This document shows, piece after piece, positions 34,668-42,660 of a DNA stretch of 64,000 bases. How positions within the stretch are numbered: position 1 is the first letter of the stretch; the number at the start of each line of letters is the position of its first letter. Location: positions 539,995-603,994 of the forward strand of contig JAJYHX010000001.1 of assembly GCA_021784575.1 (NCBI GenBank). Direction: 5' to 3'. Made by a program: the position numbers and the translations under genes. The notes beneath the pieces are model-generated. The model had not been told where the DNA came from and ran no database searches. It saw only the letters and a program-made list of their open reading frames with translations. The stretch is from Nitrospirota bacterium. GTDB lineage: Bacteria; Nitrospirota; JACRHJ01.

Positions 34668-35786
34668 ATGAATAAGGTCTTGTTTATATTAATTTTACTC
34701 TTTCCCGGGGCCGCGCTCGCAAGCGGCGGCATACTGCGCCTGCACGACCAGACGTATAATATCGACCAGACCTGGAGCGGCAAGGTTATAATCGACGGTG
34801 TTATTCAATTCGGGCCGAAGGCGACCCTTACGGTCCTGCCCGGGACGAAAGTCGAGTTTACAAGGAACGACGCCCACGGCATCGGCATTGGCGAGAACGA
34901 GATATACATCCAGGGCAGGCTTGTCGCAAAGGGGACAGCGGACAAACCGATAGTGTTCACTTCGGCCGAAAAAACCAAAAGGCCGGGGGACTGGGGCGCG
35001 GTGAATATAATGGTGAGCCAGGGCAAGATAAACAGGCTTTCCCATTGCATAATCGAGTATGGTTATCGCGGCTTTCACATGCATTTCTCCAAAGCGTCGA
35101 TAACCGATTCCAGTCTCAGGCACAATTACATGGGCATTCAATGCCAGGACTCGTCTCTCGACATTGAGCGCTGCGAGATAAACGATAACGAATGCGGGGC
35201 GATAGTCTTTAGAGACTCCAGGCTCAAGATACGCGACTGCAACATACACGACAACCCCTGGGGGATAAGGTTCCTTTACGGCAGGGCGGATATTACGGGC
35301 AACGTATTGACGGGGAACATCTTAAACGGGATTACGTTCAGCGGGGCGAAGGTAAGGGTATCAGGCAATATCCTGCGCGGAAACAGGAAAGGAATCTCGG
35401 CGGATAAATCCCGGGTCGAGATAACAGGCAACGTGCTGGCGGAAAACTACGAAAGCGGGCTGTACCTTAAACGCTCGAAGGGCGTTGTTACCGGCAACCA
35501 GATTACCGGGAACGGCTATACCGGAATATCCGTTACGGATTCGGACGTGAAAATAACCGGGAACAACATAAGGGCGAACTGCATCTGGGCGATAGACAAC
35601 GGCGGCAAACAGGACGTGGATGCGGCAGGCAACTGGTTCGGGCCTTCCTTCAGGGTGGACCCGGCGAGGCTATTGTACGACAGAGGCAGGGATGCGGCCC
35701 TGGGAAAGGTGACCATCCTCCCCCAGGCGGACAGGCCTTTTATAATAACGCCCGATGTTTCCGTTCCGGCGGGCAGGCATGAATAA
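34668..35786 (+). CDS. exported right-handed beta-helix (NosD-like) protein
   Basis: Trimmed to the ATG at 34668 (MNKVLFILILLFPGAALA). It has the module QTWSGKVIIDG...LTVLPGTKVEF...PIVFTSAEKTKRPGDWG, beta-helix turns (ITGN.L.GN...) and GNWFGPSF...LLYDRGRDAALGKVTILP. Confidence 0.8.
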   Translation: MNKVLFILILLFPGAALASGGILRLHDQTYNIDQTWSGKVIIDGVIQFGPKATLTVLPGTKVEFTRNDAHGIGIGENEIYIQGRLVAKGTADKPIVFTSAEKTKRPGDWGAVNIMVSQGKINRLSHCIIEYGYRGFHMHFSKASITDSSLRHNYMGIQCQDSSLDIERCEINDNECGAIVFRDSRLKIRDCNIHDNPWGIRFLYGRADITGNVLTGNILNGITFSGAKVRVSGNILRGNRKGISADKSRVEITGNVLAENYESGLYLKRSKGVVTGNQITGNGYTGISVTDSDVKITGNNIRANCIWAIDNGGKQDVDAAGNWFGPSFRVDPARLLYDRGRDAALGKVTILPQADRPFIITPDVSVPAGRHE

Positions 35787-35809
35787 GGGAGGGTCGGACT
35801 TAGATTTTT

Positions 35810-36205
35810 ATGAGATTAATCTTTCTTCTGTTTTTTATTCTGACGTTAATACCTGCTCCGGCCTTCGCGCACTATACTGGGGAGCTGCTGCCGGATTCGG
35901 TCGCGGTCATGGAATATCAGATGATTATCAGTATGCAGCCGAACGACATGTTGACCAGGAACAAGCTTGGTATGGTGTATCTCAGGCAGAACAAGCTGGA
36001 TAAGGCAAAAGAGCAATTTCTGGAAATATTGAAGATAGACCCGAAAAATTTCGACGCCCTGGACAGCCTCGGCATTGTCTCAAGCAGGCTTGGAGACCCT
36101 TCGCAGGCGGTGGCTTGGTACGAAAGGGCGCTCAAGATAAAGAACGACAATGGTTGCAGGCAGCGGTTCCTGGCGGAAAAGGCCTTGCTGAAGGCGAAAA
36201 AATAA
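35810..36205 (+). CDS. exported TPR-repeat protein
   Basis: 131 aa with a signal peptide and TPR helices (NKLGMVYLRQNKLDKAKEQFLEILKIDPKNFDALDSLGIV...AVAWYERALKI). Confidence 0.7.
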   Translation: MRLIFLLFFILTLIPAPAFAHYTGELLPDSVAVMEYQMIISMQPNDMLTRNKLGMVYLRQNKLDKAKEQFLEILKIDPKNFDALDSLGIVSSRLGDPSQAVAWYERALKIKNDNGCRQRFLAEKALLKAKK

Positions 36206-36216
36206 GGAGGCTACTT

Positions 36217-37215
36217 TTGAGAAAGATATTACTTTCATCGATTCTTCTGGTTATGCTGACCTCTCTTGCGTCGTGCGCGGAGGTAAAGCCGATTGCGAAA
36301 TCCGAGCTCCATGAGAAAAGACTCGGGCTCTATACCATGATGAAGGATGCCACGTGGGAAGGCCGGATAAGGATAACGGGCGACGTATACGTGAAAAAGG
36401 GTGCGACGCTTACAATAAAGCCGGGGACGGTTATAAGGTTCGACACGATCGCGCCCAGGCTTGAGTCTCAGGGCGGAAGGAACATGTTCAGCGTCGGCGG
36501 CCCCGGAATCCCGTATTTCCCCGGCGCGGAGATAATCGTCCGGGGGAGGATAATCGCCGTGGGCACGAAGGACAGGCCGATAATCTTCACTTCCGACGAT
36601 CCATCTCCCAGGCCGGGGATATGGGGAGCGGTAAACCTCCTCGGCTCGAACGGCGACGTATTCAAATACTGTCGCATATCCTATGCCTACAACGGCATAC
36701 ACAACCACGCCTCCCACGCGAAGGTGACGAAGTGCATATTCCATGACAACGGGACGGCGCTGTCGTTTATGAAAGCGAATTTCAACAACACCTGCGTAAT
36801 GGACATAGAGGACAACACCATTGTGGGCAATCTCTCCGGCATTTCCGCCAGGTATGCGCACATAACGATTCTCCATAACGACATATCGAACAACAAGTTC
36901 TACGGCATCTGGCTGCACGAGGGCGATAAAGGCAAGATCGCCTACAACGACATAATGAGAAACGGCAAGGGCATCTTTCTTTTCAGGGCGGCGCCGTTGA
37001 AGGTGCATTGGAACAACATAGCCCATAACAGGGAATATAACATTGCGCTGGCCGTGGAGACCCCCAATAATGTAGACGCCGCGGACAACTGGTGGGGCAC
37101 CATCGACCCGGTAAAGATTAAGGCCAGGTTTTACGACAAAAGGACGGACGACAGCCTTGGGCTGGTCAATTTCAGGCCATTCCTCAAGAAAAGGGTGCCC
37201 GACACAGTGAAATGA
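36217..37215 (+). CDS. beta-helix (NosD-like) lipoprotein
   Basis: Trimmed to the TTG at 36217, 6 nt after AAGGAGG. It has the lipobox LTSLASC, the module ATWEGRIRITGDVYV...LTIKPGTVIRF...PIIFTSDDPSPRPGIWG, and the tail DNWWGTIDPVKIKARFYDKRTDDSLGLVNFRPFL. Confidence 0.75.
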   Translation: MRKILLSSILLVMLTSLASCAEVKPIAKSELHEKRLGLYTMMKDATWEGRIRITGDVYVKKGATLTIKPGTVIRFDTIAPRLESQGGRNMFSVGGPGIPYFPGAEIIVRGRIIAVGTKDRPIIFTSDDPSPRPGIWGAVNLLGSNGDVFKYCRISYAYNGIHNHASHAKVTKCIFHDNGTALSFMKANFNNTCVMDIEDNTIVGNLSGISARYAHITILHNDISNNKFYGIWLHEGDKGKIAYNDIMRNGKGIFLFRAAPLKVHWNNIAHNREYNIALAVETPNNVDAADNWWGTIDPVKIKARFYDKRTDDSLGLVNFRPFLKKRVPDTVK

Positions 37216-38009
37216 AAAAGATCGCAATCATAGCGGCTGTCGTCGCCGCAGTCTTGTTCTCCGCGCGGGTCCGCGCAGGTACGCTTGAGGCGAACGCCGT
37301 CTGGACGGGAACGGTAAAGGTGTCGGGCCGGTTATTGGTGAAGCCCGGCGTGACCCTTAAAATCGAGCCGGGGACGGTTGTGAAATTTGTCCCGGCGAAG
37401 CCGGACGATACCGGGCTCGCGCAGTGCGGTATGCTGATACTTGGGACGATAATAGCGGACGGACGGCCCGGCGCGAGGATAAGATTTACCTCGGCGGCGC
37501 AAAGGCCCAGGCCGGGAGACTGGGGAGAGATCCAGATTATAAGGAGCAAGGGAAGCTCTTTTACGGACTGCGACTTCCGCTTTGGCGGATGGGGACTTCA
37601 TATGCATCACACGAAGATAAAAATCTCCGGCTGCACCTTCATGCGCAACCGTTTCGGAGGCATTCGCGGAAAGGGCGGCAGGGTTGAGATTGCCGGCTGC
37701 ATACTCAAGGGGATGCACATAGGCATACGTTACCTAAGCGGCGGGCCGTATATCCACAACAGCGATATAACGGACGACAGGACCGGGATATTCTGGCGCC
37801 AGGGATGCAATCCAAGGATCAAATATAATAACTTCCAGGGCAACAGGGATTACGACATAAAGCTCGGCGAGTTGCAGTCCGGCAATATAGACGCCCGCCT
37901 GAACTGGTGGGGAGACGGAAGACCGAAGCTCTACGACCGTCATCGGGAGAGTTATATCGGCAGGGTCATTACGAAACCGGCGCTTTCGGCCAGGGCAAAA
38001 ATAAACTGA
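37212..38009 (+). CDS. exported beta-helix (NosD-like) protein, short form
   Basis: 265 aa with an ATGA overlap and a signal peptide. It has the module AVWTGTVKVSG...LKIEPGTVVKF...IRFTSAAQRPRPGDWG and the tail LNWWGDGRPKLYDRHRESYIGRVITKP. Confidence 0.75.
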   Translation: MKKIAIIAAVVAAVLFSARVRAGTLEANAVWTGTVKVSGRLLVKPGVTLKIEPGTVVKFVPAKPDDTGLAQCGMLILGTIIADGRPGARIRFTSAAQRPRPGDWGEIQIIRSKGSSFTDCDFRFGGWGLHMHHTKIKISGCTFMRNRFGGIRGKGGRVEIAGCILKGMHIGIRYLSGGPYIHNSDITDDRTGIFWRQGCNPRIKYNNFQGNRDYDIKLGELQSGNIDARLNWWGDGRPKLYDRHRESYIGRVITKPALSARAKIN

Positions 38010-38023
38010 GGCAGGGGATTGCA

Positions 38024-38335
38024 ATGCGGAATATCAGGCGGAACCCGGACATAATCTGGCGCGAGGAGGAAGAGGCCAGGGAAGAAGCCGTCAAGGCTAT
38101 GGAGCGCGGCGATGACGCGTCCGGGGAAGGGACGGCGCTGCTTGTGGAATCCGGGATGATGCACCAGCTTAACCTCCTTGGCGGCGAGATATGGAAGCTC
38201 CTCGACGGTATCGACGAAGAAGCCCTTGTGGACAGGCTCGCGGAGGTATTCGACGTGGACAGGGAGACGCTCTCGCGCGACGTCCGGGACTTCCTTATCG
38301 ACATTGACAGGAGGGGCTGGCTGGTCCATGAGTAG
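38024..38335 (+). CDS. PqqD-family protein (RiPP-recognition-element-like peptide chaperone)
   Basis: 103 aa from the ATG at 38024. The pattern is NPDIIWRE...GTALLVESGMMHQLNLLGGEIWKLLDG...LVDRLAEVFDVDRETLSRDVRDFLIDIDRRGWL. Confidence 0.75.
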   Translation: MRNIRRNPDIIWREEEEAREEAVKAMERGDDASGEGTALLVESGMMHQLNLLGGEIWKLLDGIDEEALVDRLAEVFDVDRETLSRDVRDFLIDIDRRGWLVHE

Positions 38336-39326
38336 AATACCTTTTTCGCCCATAACGATCAACTGGACTCTTACCTTCCGGTGCAACTTCAACTGCCGCC
38401 ACTGCTACTCCAGGCCGGAGAAAGCGCCTGAGCTGCCGACGGAACAGGTGAAGGAGATAATGGCGAAGGTTGCAAAATATAAAGTTCCGTTTATAAATTA
38501 CGGCGGAGGAGAACCGCTCCTCAGGAGCGACCTCTTCGAGCTTACCGGGTATGCGGCGGCCCTCGGCTTCAACGTCTCCATGAACACCAACGGGTTTCTG
38601 ATGACGGAAGAGAAGGCGGCCCTGGCCAAAGAGTCCGGTTTTAAGACCGTCGGCGTATCCATAGACAGCACAAGGCCCGAAGCGCACGACGACTTCCGCA
38701 ACACAAAAGGCAGCCACAATAAGGCCGTGAGCGCGGCGAAGTTCCTGAAAGATAAGGGCGTGCGCCTTACAATATCCTCCGTCATATGCCGGATAAATTA
38801 TACTGAGTTCGAGGACCTCGTGCGCCAGGCGAGAGACCTCGGCGCGGAGCAGATTTCGCTGCACAACTACAAATGCGCCGGGATGGGTTTCACCAACAGG
38901 GACGAGCTCGACCTCTCGCCCGCGGAGTGGAAGGAATTTTACCTGAAGGCCATCGCGCTCAGAGAGAAGGTAACGGATATAAGAATATCGATGGACGACC
39001 CCATCACGGCGACGATACACAAGGCCCCGGAGCAGGCGATTGTAAAGGGAAGCACATGCGGGAAGTTGTCTCTCAATATCCGCGCGAACGGCGACGTTAC
39101 GCCGTGCGGTTTTATTCCTGTTGTCATAGGCAACCTGCTCACGGACGACCTGAAAGACCTCTGGGACAACTCGAAAGTCCTTGAGAAGATGCGCAACAAA
39201 AAACCGAAGGAGAAATGCCTTACCTGCAAGCACTACGAGGACTGCCTCGGCGGCTGCACCGCCCGCGCCTACGCCACCACCGGCGACTTCAACTCCCCCG
39301 ACCCGCACTGCTGGGTGGCGAAATAA
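38328..39326 (+). CDS. radical SAM enzyme with SPASM domain
   Basis: 332 aa, with the ATG at 38328 overlapping the PqqD gene by 8 nt. It has CNFNCRHC (CX3CX2C), GGGEPLL, and the SPASM cysteines CGKLSLNIRANGDVTPCG ... CLTCKHYEDCLGGC ... HC. Confidence 0.85.
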   Translation: MSRIPFSPITINWTLTFRCNFNCRHCYSRPEKAPELPTEQVKEIMAKVAKYKVPFINYGGGEPLLRSDLFELTGYAAALGFNVSMNTNGFLMTEEKAALAKESGFKTVGVSIDSTRPEAHDDFRNTKGSHNKAVSAAKFLKDKGVRLTISSVICRINYTEFEDLVRQARDLGAEQISLHNYKCAGMGFTNRDELDLSPAEWKEFYLKAIALREKVTDIRISMDDPITATIHKAPEQAIVKGSTCGKLSLNIRANGDVTPCGFIPVVIGNLLTDDLKDLWDNSKVLEKMRNKKPKEKCLTCKHYEDCLGGCTARAYATTGDFNSPDPHCWVAK

Positions 39327-39431
39327 CCAGCAGGTATTTATGCTGATACGGGTGTCGGCAGGATAAGACTTCACACTTTTCTTTTCCTCTCCCGGTTGAC
39401 CATATATATTATTCAATCTATCCTTTTTTTT

Positions 39432-40505
39432 ATGCGCACCATCCTCCATATCGACATGGACGCCTTCTTTGCGGCGATAGAGGAGCTCCGGCATCCGGAG
39501 CTTAAGGGCAGGCCGCTTGTCGTCGGCGGGAACGGAGACCCGAACACGAGAGGCGTCGTCTCCACCGCGAACTACGCCGCGAGGAAGTTCGGCATCCGGT
39601 CCGCGATGCCGCTCAAGGAGGCATACCGCCGGTGTCCTTCGTGCGTCTTTTTGCCCGTGGACTATGCCGAATATTCCCGCGTATCGAAGGAGATGATGGA
39701 GGTCCTGAGGGAGTTCGGCTGCACAATCGAGGAGGTCGGCATCGACGAGGCGTTCATGGATATAACGGACTGCCCGCTTGGAACACCCGAAGAAATCGGC
39801 AGGAAGCTGAAGGAGCGCATCAGGGAGAAGACGGGTCTCACGGCGTCTGCCGGGATTGCGCCGAACAAGCTCGTTGCGAAGATTGCATCCGACCTTGAGA
39901 AGCCGGACGGGCTTACGATAATCCCGGATGGCAAGGTGCGCGAGAGACTTGCTCCGCTTCCGGCGGACAGGGTCTGGGGCGTAGGCGAGGTGACGTATGC
40001 CCGGCTCCTCAATATGGGGATAAAGACGCTGGGCGACCTTGCGGAAGCGGACGACGGGAAGCTTGCCGCGGAGTTCGGAGAGAACTGGGGACGAAGCCTT
40101 AAAGCGCGCGCACGCGGGATAGACGACTCCGAGCTTGTTACGGAGTGGGAGCCGAGATCGCTGTCGAGAGAGACGACATTCGAGCGGGACACCGCGAAGA
40201 TGCTTGAGATAAAGAAGGAGTTCGAGTGGATGGCGGAAGACCTGGAGCATCGGCTGAAGAAGCGGAATTTCCTTGCCAGGACGGTTACCGTGAAACTGAG
40301 GTATTCGGACTTCACCACCCTCACGCGGGCGAAGACGATGGAGCGTCCTACGGCGGAGCGCGAGCCTATAATGCGCGCGGGGCTGGGGCTTCTGCACAAG
40401 TTCCCGCGGGAGCGCCCGGTGCGGCTTGTGGGGCTTCGTGTGTCGAACTTCGTCGCGGACGGGCAGCCGCAGGACCCGCCGCCGGACGCCGCCCTTTTTG
40501 ATTGA
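39432..40505 (+). CDS. dinB: DNA polymerase IV
   Basis: Trimmed to the ATG at 39432. Y-family motifs are present: ILHIDMDAFFAAIEE, VVSTANYAARKFGIRSAMP and SAGIAPNKLVAKIASD. Confidence 0.9.
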   Translation: MRTILHIDMDAFFAAIEELRHPELKGRPLVVGGNGDPNTRGVVSTANYAARKFGIRSAMPLKEAYRRCPSCVFLPVDYAEYSRVSKEMMEVLREFGCTIEEVGIDEAFMDITDCPLGTPEEIGRKLKERIREKTGLTASAGIAPNKLVAKIASDLEKPDGLTIIPDGKVRERLAPLPADRVWGVGEVTYARLLNMGIKTLGDLAEADDGKLAAEFGENWGRSLKARARGIDDSELVTEWEPRSLSRETTFERDTAKMLEIKKEFEWMAEDLEHRLKKRNFLARTVTVKLRYSDFTTLTRAKTMERPTAEREPIMRAGLGLLHKFPRERPVRLVGLRVSNFVADGQPQDPPPDAALFD

Positions 40506-40522
40506 AAAGTTTTTTTATTGGC

Positions 40523-40551
40523 TTGACAGGGTCGGAGCGGCCGGATATTAT
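40523..40551 (+). promoter_or_regulatory. sigma-70-type promoter upstream of arsR
   Basis: TTGACA (40523-40528), a 17-nt spacer, then TATTAT (40546-40551). Confidence 0.55.
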
Positions 40552-40641
40552 TCATAAAGGCATTTAAATATTTTTATTCGGGCAGGGGATAAGGTATAGT
40601 CCTCGCGGTTTGTTCTTTGCGTTAAAAGGGAGGGCAGGGAA

Positions 40642-41079
40642 GTGGAAAAGCTTATACCGGTATTCAAGGCGATGGCGGACGAAACGAGGCTCAGGATATT
40701 AAAGCTCCTTTCCTGCGGAGACGAGATATGCGTGTGCGACCTCACGGAGGCCCTGGAGATGACGCAGCCGAATATCTCGTTCCACCTGGGCATACTCAGG
40801 GAAGCGGGACTCATAAAAGACAGGCGCGAGGGGCGCTGGAGTTTCTATCAGCTCGACACGGGCGACATGTTAAACCGCTCGCTCGTTCCCGCTTCTCTTG
40901 AGAGGGTTGCCGGCAGAAAGCTCGACGGCGACAAGAAGCGCCTCGAAGCTGCGCGCAAGGCAAAGGAAACCGCAAAGGCGGCCAGAGCCAAGGCCGATAA
41001 ACCAAAGCTTAAAAAAGGCCGTAAACCGGGCGCCGCCGGGGCGAAATCCGTGTCGAAAAGAAGGTCTGTGGAGGCGTGA
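40642..41079 (+). CDS. arsR: ArsR/SmtB-family metalloregulator with a Lys/Ala-rich C-terminal tail
   Basis: GTG start after GGGAGGG. It has the ELCVCDL-type site (DEICVCDLTEAL), the HTH QPNISFHLGILREAGLI, and a roughly 50-aa basic K/A/R tail. Confidence 0.8.
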   Translation: MEKLIPVFKAMADETRLRILKLLSCGDEICVCDLTEALEMTQPNISFHLGILREAGLIKDRREGRWSFYQLDTGDMLNRSLVPASLERVAGRKLDGDKKRLEAARKAKETAKAARAKADKPKLKKGRKPGAAGAKSVSKRRSVEA

Positions 41080-41086
41080 CGTGGTT

Positions 41087-41920
41087 ATGGATAAGAAAAT
41101 AAAACTCAGCGTGCGGAAGACGTACTCCGGCATTGCGAAGGGCGAGTCCGGCAGTTGCTGCGGCTCAACAAAACCGAAGTTCGCGCACGAGGAAAATATC
41201 GGTTACGACATGAAAGAGCTTCTGGGCCTGCCTGAAGGCGCGATTCTCGGCGTCGGCTGCGGCAACCCTGTAGCCCTCGCCTCGCTTAAGGCGGGCGAGA
41301 CAGCGCTTGACCTCGGCTCCGGCGCGGGTATCGACGTATTCCTTGCCGCCGGCAGGGTCGGGCCTTCCGGCAGGGTGATAGGCGTGGACATGACGCCCGA
41401 GATGCTCGCCCGCGCGAAGAAGAACGCCGAGGACGGGAAGTTCACGAACGTCGAGTTCCGACAGGGCGAAGTGGAAAACCTGCCGGTGGAAGACTCTTCC
41501 ATAGACTGCGTGATAAGCAACTGCGTCATAAACCTCTCCGTGGACAAGGACAGGACATTCTCCGAGGCGTTCCGCGTCCTGAAGAGCGGCGGGCGGCTTA
41601 TGGTGTCGGACATCGTGCTTACGAAAGACCTGCCGCGCGCCGTGGTGGAGAATGTCGAGGCGTATACCGGGTGCGTCTCCGGGGCTGTGAAGCACGACGA
41701 GTATATCGCGGCTGTAAGGCGAGCCGGGTTTGAAGACATTACCGTCCTCTCGCTCGACGACGCCTCTTTTCTCGCGGAGACGACATGCGGCTGCGGGATT
41801 GTCACAAAGGACAACGTCAGCGACCTTGGCCTTCGGAGCATAAAACTCCTTGCAAAGAAGGGCGGCCAAAGCGACTTTGGCGGGCCGGAATCCTGCGGCG
41901 GGGACTGCTGTGGCGATTAA
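41087..41920 (+). CDS. arsM: arsenite S-adenosylmethionine methyltransferase-like protein
   Basis: Trimmed to the ATG at 41087. It has the SAM motif LDLGSGAGIDVF and the ArsM-type cysteines (GSCCGS, VGCGNP, SNCVINL, YTGCVSGA), and it follows arsR. Confidence 0.75.
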   Translation: MDKKIKLSVRKTYSGIAKGESGSCCGSTKPKFAHEENIGYDMKELLGLPEGAILGVGCGNPVALASLKAGETALDLGSGAGIDVFLAAGRVGPSGRVIGVDMTPEMLARAKKNAEDGKFTNVEFRQGEVENLPVEDSSIDCVISNCVINLSVDKDRTFSEAFRVLKSGGRLMVSDIVLTKDLPRAVVENVEAYTGCVSGAVKHDEYIAAVRRAGFEDITVLSLDDASFLAETTCGCGIVTKDNVSDLGLRSIKLLAKKGGQSDFGGPESCGGDCCGD

Positions 41921-42163
41921 CATATTAAAATAACAGGGATTATTCCCGTTGGGCCATCTTGCCTTCCCTTGTCGATGTTCGTGCATAATCCGTCGGTAAT
42001 CATAGCTTATAACCTCCAGGCTCAAGCGGCAGCCCCGCCGCTTCTTGCCAATAAGCCCGCCCCGGGTTTCCGTCAAAGGCCGTTACATCCGCGGCAGATA
42101 GCGTAAAAGCACAATCTTTATAGATAGTTGCGCTGTATGGTTACCGTTATGTTATAAAAAGAC

Positions 42164-42192
42164 TTGACAATATTATACTAAAGTAACATAAT
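42164..42192 (+). promoter_or_regulatory. sigma-70-type promoter of the hsp20-dnaJ-hspR-clpB unit, bracketed by an inverted repeat
   Basis: TTGACA (42164-42169), a 17-nt spacer, then CATAAT (42187-42192). It is flanked by TTGCGCTGT (42128-42136) and ACAGCGCAA (42197-42205). Confidence 0.55.
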
Positions 42193-42237
42193 CAGAACAG
42201 CGCAACACTATGCCACCTTACCGGAGGGACCTCGAAA

Positions 42238-42660
42238 ATGAAGATAATAAAATGGGATCCGTTCAAGGATATGATGATGGTGGAAGAGTTCTTCGATCCC
42301 GCAAAGCGTCTGCGCGGGGTGGATAAGCCGTCCACATGGTCTCCGGCGGTGGACGTTTATGAGACGGAGAACGAGATAGTCCTGACGGCGGAGCTTCCGG
42401 GGATGAACCAGGAAGACATAACGCTGACCGTCCAGGACAACGTCCTGGCGCTTAAGGGAGACAGGCTTTTCGAGAGGGATGTGAAGCACGAGAACTTCTA
42501 CCGCATAGAGAGGAACTACGGCCACTTCAACAGGAAGTTTTCCATGCCCTGCGACGTCGATACGGAAAGAACCCTGGCCAATTTCAACGACGGCCTGCTG
42601 AGAGTGGTAATACCTAAAAAGGACAAGGTCAAAAAGGTGCATGTCAAGGTGGAAAGATAA
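42238..42660 (+). CDS. small heat-shock protein (Hsp20/alpha-crystallin family)
   Basis: 140 aa with an alpha-crystallin domain (PAVDVYETENEIVLTAELPGMNQEDITLTV...FNDGLLRVVIPK). Confidence 0.9.
   Translation: MKIIKWDPFKDMMMVEEFFDPAKRLRGVDKPSTWSPAVDVYETENEIVLTAELPGMNQEDITLTVQDNVLALKGDRLFERDVKHENFYRIERNYGHFNRKFSMPCDVDTERTLANFNDGLLRVVIPKKDKVKKVHVKVER

Noticed and set aside
1-39326. The idea that the accessory-looking left part is a mobile genomic island.
   Set aside because: No integrase, transposase, tRNA attachment site, flanking direct repeats or obvious compositional break was seen by eye. It cannot be excluded without k-mer/GC analysis.
39327-39431. Search for a RiPP precursor ORF or a LexA/SOS box between the rSAM gene and dinB.
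   Set aside because: Only 8-10-aa ORFs without SD are present. No CTGT-N8-ACAG, GAAC-N4-GTTC or GGTT-N10-ACC type box was found.
38295-40397. 700-aa minus-strand ORF spanning the rSAM and dinB genes. Similar long antisense ORFs include 42208..43872, 17997..19010, 10795..11865, 24287..25462 and 18865..20238.
   Set aside because: These are typical shadow ORFs of GC-rich DNA. They have Arg/Pro/Gly/His-rich, motif-free translations and lie antisense to genes with strong family signatures.
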